64,000 nt of DNA from Botryllus schlosseri (taxonomy: Eukaryota). This document shows, in pieces, positions 25,206 through 36,556 of the stretch. Position 1 is the stretch's first letter, and each line of letters starts with the position of its first letter. The stretch spans positions 10,542,001-10,606,000 of the forward strand of contig CM119371.1 of assembly GCA_051294905.1 (NCBI GenBank), written 5' to 3'. Both the position numbers and the translations under genes were made by a program. Below the pieces are notes generated by a model. The model worked only from the letters and a program-made list of their open reading frames with translations. It did no database searches and had not been told where the DNA came from.

Positions 25206-25723
25206 TAGGGCTGGGCACAATGATTCGAGTACTCGAATCTGAATCGAGTATTAATTTTAATGATTCGAGTCGAGTAGTAAAAGACGATTTTTTCGAGTAC
25301 TGAAATTATACGCTTCTCGCAACTGCAAGTTAATTTACTAACGAGAATTATAGTTGCGATACTATTTTCCACTGAGGAAGCCTTGAAACCCTGATCGGCC
25401 GTGTTGCAGCATACCAGACATAGTGCAAAGCTACGAACGTTACTGAGAATACCACATTTCCGAAGTCATGATCATCGCACAACATTGTCAAGAAGTGCGA
25501 TGAAATCGGTAAGGTCGAAAAATACCAAAGTATCTTTAATTAATGTGACATATAACAGGCATTATGCCCTTTGTGGTGGCATCAACGGTACATATTTGAA
25601 CTTTGACATCGTACATTCTGTTGTGACGTCATAATGAGTGATGCTCGAATACTCGACTCGACTCGAATCATAATACGTGATTCAGAATCGAATCACTCAG
25701 GTACTCGATTTTGCCCAGCCCTG
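25206..25723 (-). mobile_element. hAT MITE (TAGGGCTGGGC family, TCGAGTA motifs)
   Basis: TIR TAGGGCTGGGCA...TGCCCAGCCCTG; closely similar inverted copy at 52381-52898. Confidence 0.88.
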
Positions 25724-25799
25724 TCAGTAACACGTGTTCTTTGAATGCTTTAGAGTCGATAGCAGTAGTTTATGATTTGGAGCAACAAAATTGCAGTCA

Positions 25800-28224
25800 T
25801 GGCAGAGGCAAAACGGCGAAAGATTGTACACATGCCACAGCAAAGAACAAGATCTAAATCTGAGCAGTGCCGTACTTGGTCGGATATACTTGCGATTACA
25901 TCTGTGGCTCGAGATTACCAACTATATGAGAAGTTATGAGTTACTTGCTGCATCTGAAAGAGCATTGTCCTCAGTCAACCCCTACTTGTAATGTGGTGGT
26001 GGATGATGTAATGACAGTGTGGAAAATGGCGCGGATTGCGATAATGCAGAAATCACATGTGGTGCGATCACTTCAAAACCTGCACGAAAGATGGCGTGAT
26101 CACATGGTATGCCCAGCTTAAGAAGAGCTTGAGGTGTCTTGATAGAAAACAGCAATTCAAGACTCTGACTATTCCAATATGTTTTAAAAGAACGAGCAGC
26201 AAAGACAGTTGATAACTTCAAGCTACTTCTGACCAGAAAAGGTTTCTTCACACGGGATGACTACAGACAATGTGTGACTATTGCTCTTGCTCTTCTCGGT
26301 GCAAGTGAAGATATAGTAGGGTTGCCATACGTCCGGAATTTCCCGGACATGTCCGGAATTTCATTGAAAAATCTGCGTCCGGGAGGAATTTCTAAAATAT
26401 GCCTAAATGTCCGTAATTTTGAAGGCTTCAAGCAGGCTCAATTTTATTTTAATAAATCAACATAAACAGTATTATTTTCAACCAGATTTACGCTATTTAA
26501 AATTTGTCTTCGCGCTGTGCGCGAGTTAATGCAACGTATGATGATATTAGTATGGGCACCTGGCACTACTCTCGCCGAAAATGCAATCAAAATAAATATA
26601 AATAAGCATCACTTACTGAAATAAGTCTGATTGTAACCGCAATTATAAGATAGAACGGTATATTCCTAGAGTTGGTTAAGGTCGATTGGATGCTTCGGTC
26701 ACAGACAGGGGTTCCAAATCTTGCGGTCGTTCGCCTTTATCTGGGGATCGCGATGATGTTGGACGTAATCGGCTTCCTGGGCCGTTAGATAAGTTTGGGC
26801 AAGCGGAATTTTTTTAGTAATCCGCTTATCAAGTCTTGAGCTTTGCCACGGAACATTTTCAAATGGGAAATGAGGTCACGACCATAAAAGGCTGGAAATC
26901 ACCGGATGTGCAACCTGTTGGTGCATTTTACAATGGCCTAATATATGGAAGAATCAATATTATTGAGGGAATTCATAGATGAAATTTAACAGCCAAATGC
27001 ATATAGTAAGTGCCCAACAAGTAACATCGACTACCCTATGGTGGCCCCAAGATCAGTGCTTTTTTGGACGGAAGGGGGGAGGGGAGAAAAAATGTTCTTT
27101 CGGACCTGATTAAAACACTTAAACAGATAACCGTACCAACCGCAGGGCTCTCAAACACAATCCTGACAGGCCAGACACGGCCCGCCAGATAATATCATCC
27201 GGCCCGTAGAGGAATCTATTGTAGACCCTAGCAAAAGTAATCACCAGATCTCACATTACAGATGGCCCAATTAATGACCTATGTTCCACTCCATTCCTGT
27301 ATAGTGTATACAGTCAATGGGCAATGGTTTGCTATTGTGACGTCACATTGACGGTCAACGTGGTACACCTCGTTTTAAAATCCGCTAGTGGGCGCTAAAA
27401 AGTGTCCGGAATTTGTTTCGCAAAATTATGGTAACCCTAAGATATACATCATCACAAACCTGGTGCAACACACCATGCAAGATGGATGGGCACAATTCTG
27501 TATGCTCAGAAGATGTTCATGTGGGCTTATAAGTTACATTACAAATCCGAAGCAGTGGAACTACTGGATAGCTTCAATTTGTTTTTAGTTCACTTTTATA
27601 TAGGCCTACATGACTGGGTTGATTCCAGCATCGGTCGTTATGCAGCCAGTAATGACTTGAGATTCGCCCAGGACATGTTGAGTTACAAGGAACATGATCA
27701 ACAAGTTTCCAAAGCTGCTTTACAACAGCTTTTAAAGTATGACTGGTATATCGTGAAGGAAACTGATGTATTCGCCAAGTGAAAGCATTGAAACCCGAGA
27801 AAATATGGCAAAGATGCTCTTGCAGGTAGAGCGACCTTCAAGTTTCAGAAGGGGCCCGGCCTTGTTAAGTGCAACTGTACAGATCAACAAGGACACTACT
27901 TTATCTGTTTTTTGGGGGGGCCACAGTCCTGGTACATATTTGATCTTTTTGAACGCGCTGGGGCGTGGCTAACTCAACTGCGGTTGATGTTTGGAACTTA
28001 TCAGATTCCGACACCAGAATGAGCTCCTACATCAATTCTGTCAAAGTTGTTAATGATGCCGCAGAGCGAGGTGTAAAGCTAAGCACAGACATGCTGCAAT
28101 CTTGACTGACAATGAACAACAAAGAGACAGTCTGCTTCAAGCTGTGGAACAGCATAGGAAGACAGGTGGAGACAGCAGGAAGTCAACTCTAATCAAAAGG
28201 CTGCAATCTGCAACTTGTGCCTGA
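25800..28224 (+). pseudogene. Decayed DNA transposase, hATm-like (CC8K15.2-like) type, split by a nested MITE
   Basis: After removing 26317-27439 the frame reads ...FTRDDYRQCVTIALALLGASEDI|HHHKPGATHHARWMGTILYAQKMF...NDLRF...KVVNDAAERGVKL...LLQAVEQHRK. RDDY, PGAxHHARWM and VVNDxAERGVKL are hallmark motifs. Several stops and frameshifts. Confidence 0.85.
26317..27439 (+). mobile_element. Non-autonomous hAT element (TAGGGTTGCCATA, GTCCGG motifs)
   Basis: TIR TAGGGTTGCCATA...TATGGTAACCCTA; TSD AGATATAG/AGATATAC; its removal restores the transposase frame. Sister copy at 47610-48999. Confidence 0.9.
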
Positions 28225-28589
28225 CAATTCAACACTGATCTTGCAGCGTACTTTCTTAATGTCTGTTGTAAATAGTGCTTTTTGCCTTCATTCAATCGTG
28301 AATAAAAGTGTAATATGCGTTTGTTTATTGGTGAGACGTCGACTAGACATAACAAGTAGGCTACTACTGAGATGTTGACTACAGGTGGGAAATTTTTGAG
28401 TTTCACTCACTGTCAGTAAGTTTTGGAAAGGTCGAAAACAGCAAGATGAATGCATCTAGTTTATTCGTATCTCAACTACGAGAGCACCTGTGCAATACAC
28501 AGTAACACTGTTACACACATTCTGCAGGTAGATAATAATAATTAAAAGGGGTTGCAATGTTGTACATGGACTTTCGATGACAACATTAA

Positions 28590-29080
28590 AGGGACACTGC
28601 GCTCTAAAAATGATGTGGTCTCAAATTGAAGGTAAAAACGAACAAAAATTTTTGGCCGCAGCCATTTCCTTCAGAACGCCACCGTAATGGAGCTGCAATT
28701 TATTGAAATTTCTACAAGACCAACTGCCGCGGCGGCTTAACCCGTTACATGTCACGATGTCTTCATCGTCGCACTTGCTCGACGCGATAAGGCAGTCACG
28801 CAGAGAACGAAACTTAGACATATTTCCTTCATAACATCGGCTGACAGCTATCTAAAATTCGTTCTCTGCGTGACTGCCTAATCGCGTCGAGCAAGTGCGA
28901 CGGTGAAGATATCGTGCCGTGTAACGGGTTAAGCAGCCGCAGCAGCTGGTCTTGTAGAAATTTCAATAAATTGCAGCTCCCCTTACGGTGGCGTTCTGAA
29001 GGAAATGGCCACCGCCAAAAATTTTTGTTCGTTTTTACCTTCAATTTGAGACCACATCATTTTTAGAGCGCAGTGACCCT
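28590..29080. mobile_element. Palindromic (foldback) MITE, Kolobok-like
   Basis: Inverted arms of about 230 bp with an approximately 32-bp spacer; TTAA on both sides (28586-28589, 29081-29084); termini AGGG...CCCT. Confidence 0.88.
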
Positions 29081-30399
29081 TTAACATAGGCCAGGGGTTC
29101 TCCGCCCTTTCTCGGCCGTGGCCCATTTTCCGGTTTGAAAATGGGCTGTGGCCCACCTCTTATCTTGAAGTCATAATCATGTTAAATGCGTGGTAATCGA
29201 CGGCGCCGATATGCCTGTTTCTGTAAACTATAGTCGCATTTTTCTCTTAATTTACTGATTGTAATTAAATGTAGACCTGTCGGCCCATGAAATCGCGCCA
29301 AGCGCGACGAAAATTTTCAAGTCGAATAACTATCCTCCATTAAACAACCAACGAAATATTCTTAAGCCACTTCGAACTCCCACAATTGGGGGTTTAGGTG
29401 CAGCAGTTACGACCCTGGTAGATCATAGGCTAAAACTCCTGTGTATATTATGATCGTCTGCTGCTCCATTCGCGTCACGAAACACAATGATCAAATGCAC
29501 GCATCCACTGTGTGATTGGAATTTTAGTTCCACTATTGTGAGGAATAATATAATCATTCTGGCTCAGCTTCAAACAATTCATTGGTGAATGGGGTACTAC
29601 AGAGAAGTGGAGAAAGAATTTTTTAAAGTGGTGTAAATTCACGATTTTTTTTAACAGTGAAGCAATGCACGGATTTTGATTTAAACTTGGTATTGATTCG
29701 AAACACATTTGAAACGGCCTATGCTCAATATGTGATTAAATGGAGATTGATTTCCGACAAGCTGTCACGTAATACATGATCGAAACAGTTCAAATACTGC
29801 GTAATGACACTTCTCGTGGAAAAATATCGACGGGCGTGCGATTCACGATCAAAGTAATGTCTCAAGATCCCCTCACGATTTTCAATACATCACAGACTAA
29901 ACAGCATTCTTCAAAACGCGTTATGAAATCAATTGCATTGCCCTCGAAGCTTGTCAACTAACGCCCATCAGCAACGAACGTCAGTAAATTGAGTACAGGC
30001 GGGTAATAAAATTTGAAATGTAGAAAGAATTATGTCGTTATAATGACAACTACACAAAATCGCGAATGGCCGATAACAACGTACAGTTACGGCATAACAG
30101 ACACAAATTCAGCTATAAAATAGTCGAGTAACAAAACATCAGAACATTATACCCTGGAATATTTCAATACTGTTCTGTTGGGTATTTTTGTTAGGGTATT
30201 TTATACCTGCGATTTGTGGCTGTTATACCGTAAGTGATTCGTGATTCTGTGTAGTTATTAACATAACGTCACAACGACAATATTATTTCCATATTTCGAA
30301 TTTGGCTTACCGCGTTTACTGACATTGGCTGCTGATGCTGCATGTTGCAGTCATGGGTTGTAATGTCAGTAAACGTGGTTAACCAAATTCGAAACGCGA

Positions 30400-31024
30400 A
30401 CCAACTCGAGTCGCGAATTTTGGTGAGTTGACTTGACTCGAGTCATTTTCGAATATATGGAAAATCACTCTACTACAGTTTGATTCGACTCGTACTCACG
30501 CATGACTCGACCAAGTCATATGACATGGAACTCGGACGACGACGGAAGGCATTTCATTGTAACTTCGAAGAATAGTAAGCTACCACAATATTGGTGTTGG
30601 AGGTTATCTAAGCTCATCCTCGCCATCTCATCCGTGTATGCGGTGTCTTGTAAAAGCCTAGAAGTGGGCCATGCTACAAGTCGGCAGCTACGGAATCAAA
30701 GTGAATAAAATTGGCCTCGTGTAAATGATCATAGTAGTCGACAAACACCATCAATATCACAAACAAAGAAACTACCTCATTATTGGTATTTCGTTTATCA
30801 CTACCGGTGTTTGTTAAATAGGGCCAGAAACTGCGTAAAGCGAGGAAAATTTTTATTTTATGAATGCGAGGCATTCAATATTTCTCAAACAGAGTTGGTA
30901 AAAGTGAGTTAACCAGAGTTGAACTCGAAAATGAACGCAATTACTTCGACTCGGACTCGGGACAAAACTAGAAATGTAGAATGGACCTATGACTCGGGAC
31001 CTTTTCACTTGGTTACAACTCTGG
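30400..31024 (-). mobile_element. Degenerate copy of the TAGGGTTGTAAC / GACTCGAGTC family
   Basis: Ends TTGGTTACAACTCTG; aligns with 60200-60723. Contains an inserted segment (about 30600-30780) that is repeated at about 31850-32035 (inverted) and 32730-32885. Confidence 0.6.
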
Positions 31025-31478
31025 TTGCAGTTTATCAAAAAGGTGGTAACATATGACCCACATATCAGACGACACAATTCATTAGTCTTTCGTCAATGGT
31101 CAACGTGTCAAAACGGATCTTATATGACATATCACTGTGAAAATAAAACGGTCGCTAGGGATCTGCTCTGCCGAAATCTGTATTGATCAATACCAAGCAA
31201 AGGATTTCAAATGCATCATCCCGTGCTTGACGATGCTCGCACACTACAATAAAGCCATGGAAACTACAATTGGGCTGCATCAAGTCACCCATATATAAAA
31301 TACGCAGATGTATTATTATTGTACAGAACAGTTGTGCTTATAGCATTCTTTCCACTCTCCCAGGATCTCTCGCTCGCGATTCATCGGATCGTTGCTGCCG
31401 ACTTGTAGCTCGGCTCACTGTGATTTCTGGGATTTTTAAGTCCCTGCAACTGCAGTGAAGAGACATAGAAATTAATCC

Positions 31479-31548
31479 AAACCGGGATTCGAACCACTGT
31501 CATTGGTGTCGTGACGCTGGTGCTTAGCCAACTGCGCCACTCGCTTCC
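31479..31548 (-). mobile_element. tRNA-derived SINE head or tRNA pseudogene
   Basis: Minus strand has A box TGGCGCAGTTGG and B box GGTTCGAATCC at tRNA spacing, but the acceptor and anticodon stems do not pair well. Confidence 0.6.
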
Positions 31549-32335
31549 CACGCAGATGTATGAGAAGTAGTAATATGTGTAATACAGCAGCTATTGCTCA
31601 AGATATCATTTATTAGATGTTCACTTCTATCACGTTGTCTAGTCAAGTTGTACGTGATCGAGTATGTTCAGATGCTTCTATTATCATCAATAATGGCAAT
31701 TTCGTGCGAAGATATCACGATCACGGTCACGGTGAGGTATCAAGACCCGCTCACGATTTGCTAGCACATAGCGAACGGCAAGGTTTTGCAGGAATCGAAG
31801 AACCAGGCGGTTGAATAGGTTCTGCGATTCACGCAGTGATAGGTATAGAAGTATTGGGTTGTTGTTGTTTTGTGGTATTTTTAGTGTTTGTCGACTACAA
31901 TGGTCTTTTATACCAGACCGATTTTCTTTATTTTGATTCCACAGCTGCAGACTTCCAGCACGGCCCAACTATAGGCTTTTTCAGGACACCGCATACGCGG
32001 ATGAAATGGCGAGGAGCCTAGTTAAACCTCCAACACTTAGGTAGAAATTCTGGAGTCGACCTTGGTAACGGCCGAACCGGTCATACTCATAGCATTGATG
32101 CGAAACGTGAATGAACTTGTACCGTTACAGCCACATTGTTTCCAGCAGCGCGATAGCTTCTATATAAAGACGCAGAGGTAGCTTGAGCTTATAAACATTC
32201 ATTCGTATGACTGGAATGTGGAAAGCCACGAAGTCTTTGCGTGATTTGCGTTCCACCATTTCAGAGATTTCTGATTAACTTCGACGTATTCAATTTAAAT
32301 AAACCGCCATATACTGGATGATTTCTAATTTTCAA

Positions 32336-32369
<34 letters not shown>

Positions 32370-32382
32370 GAGGATGATAGCA

Positions 32383-32493
32383 GGACAGCCACGGATACCA
32401 GTTTTCTAGTCGTTGGTCTGACCCAGCCGGGGATCGTACCCGTGAACTCCCGATCAAAAGTCGGACGCATCACCATTACGCTACCTTGCTCGG
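32383..32493 (-). mobile_element. Truncated tRNA-derived SINE (same family as 56401)
   Basis: Reverse complement CCGAGCAAGGTAGCGTAATGG...GATCCCCGGCTGGGTCAGACCAACGAC...TGGTATCC matches 56401-56510; abuts a (GA)n tract at about 32336-32368. Confidence 0.75.
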
Positions 32494-34120
32494 TGGAGAA
32501 TATAACCGTACTGGAAATAGTTTTATAGCAACTTGCGAATGTGAGTCTGTAATCATTATATTCACTATTATCTCCGTGCCTCGGGCTAATAGAACCGTTA
32601 TTACGAAAATTTGTTGATTGTTCTGATACAGAAATTCAATTTTACGCCATTTTCCCACGTGTCGCAGGCTCAGACAGGCTGATGCACTACTTGTCTCTGG
32701 GTTGCCTGCCAATACACCCGGTTCCGTCCTCCTCGCCACCTCGTCCACGTAAGCGTTGTCTCACAAAAAGCCTAGAAGTGGGGCGTGCGATAAGTCCACA
32801 GTTACGGAAGAAAAATGAAGAATATCGGTCTGGTGTAAATGACCATAGTAATCGACAAACACCATGAATACCTGAAAACAAGCAAACACCCGGTTCCGAA
32901 TCATACTTTTGCTTACGTTATAATTATAGTGCGCAAATAGCAATTTACTACGGCTGATGTGAAACAAAGTTATTGCAAAGTCTACGATCAGTGGTGCGTC
33001 GAAGGTCAAACATGATTTTACAATTGCGTCGCAACAATAAAAGTTAGGGAGACGCTGCACTTGAAATTCCTATTAGGTTTATTTGAATGATTCCACGTCA
33101 AAAAAGAAACAAATATTTACGATATTCATCCGCACCCATCCGTGTTTTCATTCGCACTCATCCGCACCACGTCTGTCATCCGCACTGTATTTTTTCGTCT
33201 GCACAATTGCTTACCATCCCACAGGGTGCAAGCACTGAATTAGAAGGTATCACGACTCAGAGTGCCCCGGGCAGGTCCTTGCATTACTCAACATAAACCG
33301 CGCTCAAACAAAAATCACTACAAATTTATTTCGTAAATCAACATAAAGTATTTGTACTTGAAATTTTATTTACGATTCACGTGACTTTGCATCGCTAGAC
33401 TTCTTTGAAGACTTTGGAATGATTTAGGTGGTTGTACGCAACTTGCGGGTCCATGAGTACGGCATCTCAGCTGTGGCAGTTACTGCTCCAAAACGCACCA
33501 AGTCATGTGAGGTTTCGGTCAACATGCAACTGTGGAAAGTGGGCAGTCTAAAAGATCGTCGGCCATAAAACCTTGGCCCAAATGATAAATGTCGAGATGA
33601 CCGGTGCGCAATACTCATGGCCTTGCAGGCTGATGCACAGAAATGATATATCATAATTTGAATGATGTGCACTTCACGAAAGTTTCATTTTAGTTTGGTG
33701 TGAGAGTTGTCAGCGGTTCCAATATCTTTGAGTATACTTGGCAGAAATATAAAATTGCTGCCACCCGCGGCCTCCGTTATATACAGCCTACTTAGGCTAT
33801 TTGTCAATGGTGTGATTATACCGGATAGGTTATAGCTACTGGGATATACGGGGTGTATGAGCATTGGTATATCTTACGCATGGATGGTGTTGATGAATTA
33901 ACCCGTATAAGAAAGCAGGCTGGGAGAAAAGCTGTCTATGAGTTTGTCAGATCACCACACGTGGGCCGAACAACAGCTTTTTCGAAAGGGAAGGGGCTGT
34001 CAACGTGTTATTACCGCCATGACCTTTATTACACTGTAAGCGTAATTATTATATCTATTATCCATTCATATTCTTCATATTCTTGTTCAAAGCAAAATTC
34101 ATCAGAAACCTATCACAATT

Positions 34121-34978
34121 ATGTCAGCTCGTTCCAAATTTAACTTAGCAAATGACTTCGATACGGAAGATACGGTGAACAAATTCATTCAGACGAGACC
34201 TTCTGGATTGATAGATATACAAGCTCGAGTCATCATTGATCAGCTGAAACAACTGAGAAAAACGGACCACAAGTCGGGCTGCCTACTAGATGTAGGGTGT
34301 GGCAACGGAGAAATAACCAGATTGTTGGCGAAAAATTTCCATCATACGATTGGAGTGGATCCCAGTTTTCCTATGATATCAAAAGCCATTGGCCCCGACA
34401 CGAAGTGTCCGGAAATTGAATTCAAAGTGACCCAGGCGGAGGAATTGCCCATAGAAGACAATTCTGTTGATGTTATTACCGGTATATCTATGCTAAACTA
34501 CGTTGACCTGCAGGCGTTCATTCCAGAATGCAAACGAGTGCTGAAATCAGGTGGAGTCGCACTGTTTTATCGCGATCAGATATCGAAAATGCTCTCTGCC
34601 GAAGACGACAGTCTTCCAGTAATCGACGCCCCGGTCAAGCTGATGATAAAACGCCTATTGGAAAACGCAAGGGAAATGTCGCATTCCAGCTATCACACGC
34701 ATGACCTTCATCAGATTCAATTTGACGGGATCAACTGGATTAATAAAAGCAGAATTGTAAATGAAATTGAGTTTGCGCACCCGTCGCTATCGACGCTCGG
34801 ATCTTGGTATCGTTTCTATTCTCATCTACCGTTCTACGAGAAGGTGGCCGAAAGCGGCGTTAATCCAGCCGCCGAACTTGTGCAATCCGTGAAAGAGAAT
34901 TGGTCGATGCAGGATAGGGATCCTGACGACATCAAAATTAAAGCAGTCTACAAAACTGTAATGATTCTGTTGCAATAA
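34121..34978 (+). CDS. Class I SAM-dependent methyltransferase paralogue 2, intronless, 285 aa
   Basis: LLDVGCGNG, IGVDPS, AEELPIEDNSVDVIT, ECKRVLKSGG; colinear with 15611-16468 without gaps, about 62% identical by manual count (177/285). Confidence 0.93.
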   Translation: MSARSKFNLANDFDTEDTVNKFIQTRPSGLIDIQARVIIDQLKQLRKTDHKSGCLLDVGCGNGEITRLLAKNFHHTIGVDPSFPMISKAIGPDTKCPEIEFKVTQAEELPIEDNSVDVITGISMLNYVDLQAFIPECKRVLKSGGVALFYRDQISKMLSAEDDSLPVIDAPVKLMIKRLLENAREMSHSSYHTHDLHQIQFDGINWINKSRIVNEIEFAHPSLSTLGSWYRFYSHLPFYEKVAESGVNPAAELVQSVKENWSMQDRDPDDIKIKAVYKTVMILLQ

Positions 34979-35317
34979 GACCTCACTAAACGGTAAATCA
35001 TGCAAAAACATTGGAATAATATATCCTCCGTATATGCTGTTGCGCATCTTGTGTTGGTTGATGAAATTATTTAGCTTTTGAGAAAACATATTCGTTGTTA
35101 CAAGCACCAAACCATGTTTTATTATTTCATTATAATAAGAATATCTTCATTGTCGAAAAGGATGAATTAGCTGATAAAGTTGCCGCAGTCTACTGGAATC
35201 AGGAAAACTTGATGTCGTGCCAAGAACCCAATAGTCATTCACGCAATGCACCGGAAACAGTATCATTGCTGACTGATGTTTTGAAAGTGAATGTCTAAAT
35301 TTTGTTTTCTTGATTAG

Positions 35318-35920
35318 TAGGGTTGTAACCAAGTCACAGGGCTCCGAGTCACAAGTCAATCTCACTTTTATATTTTTGACTCGAGTCAAGTCGAGTCATT
35401 TTCAATTCTCACCGAGTCAAGTCCGAGTCCAAGTCAGCGAACAGAGGATCGAGTCCGAGGCATGGTATTATGACTCGAGTCAGAGTCCAAGTCATTGTGT
35501 TGACTGCTCAGTTTCCAGTTAAAGTCTTCCCAAACCCACTTGTTTAACTCTGTTTGGTGATATTGAATGGTTCGCATTTATAATATATCAATTTTCCTCA
35601 CTTTTAGCAGTTTCTGGTCGCATTTTCAAGCACCAGTACCAGCAAACGAAATCCCAATAGTGTGTTGGCTTCGCAATTACAATGAAATGTCGGTCTTGGC
35701 CGTCTGAATCTCGAGTCAATGACTTGCTTCGAGTCATGCCCAATGACTCGAGTCCAAGTCGAGTCAATACACAGATTAACTCGAGTCGACTCGAGTCATT
35801 TCCGTATTTTTAGAAAATGACTCGAGTCGAGTCATCCGAAAATCGTGACTCGAGTCTGAGTCGAGTCGAGTCATCCGAAAATCGTGACTCGAGTCTGAGT
35901 CGAGTCATCACTTGGAAGTT
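35318..35920 (+). mobile_element. hAT-type MITE (TAGGGTTGTAAC, GACTCGAGTC arrays)
   Basis: Start TAGGGTTGTAACCAAGTC; reverse complement of 60117-60723; right end eroded. Confidence 0.8.
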
Positions 35921-36556
35921 ACCAGTTGTACTTTAGTAGACTACTAGAGATTTACCAAGATAGTAGATGGCAGAACGAACGACTAGATTGACAACCTTCA
36001 ATCACTACGGTCGTCTTTATCCGACAGGAATATCTCGTACAGGCTATTTTCAATGAGAAATATAGTTCTGATTATATTAGCGAATGAAAAAATCGGACCA
36101 TAATTATACTAAGTAGCCTAATTGAAATTGGTCAGGACTCTTGCAGTTAGGACTCTATGTCCTTGCGTTGTCAAGGTGATCCTGCTGGAATATTCGGCCT
36201 GCTCAACGTGGAATTATGTTAGCAAAATAGCCAACATAATCGGATCACAGTAACTAAACTGCGAGACACACTGCACTCGAAATTGCACATATCCGCATAT
36301 ACGTGGTCATTTGAAAAGTACATGGTAGTCATGCCTCAAGCTTGGATTTGATAGGAACGTGATAAATTAATAAACTTAGCAGTAACATTCCAAATCATCA
36401 CGTACTTGGAAGATATGGTGGAGTATATTCATTAAATCAGCTCGAGGTTGCACCCAGAACCGATCGATTTCTAATCTTTCCCACAATTATTTTTGAATAT
36501 ATAAATGGGGTTGAAGTAAAACGAAAGAGACAGAAAAGTGTTGGGGACCTCATGCA

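Noticed and set aside
26274..26465. ORF sharing GLPYVRNFPDMSG with 47525-47836
   Set aside because: The shared text is just the translated MITE terminus.
28621..29044. ORFs 28621-28821 and 28829-29044
   Set aside because: Both lie within the palindromic MITE arms; no protein signal.
31479..31548. Functional tRNA gene
   Set aside because: A and B boxes are present but the acceptor and anticodon stems do not pair; better explained as a SINE head.
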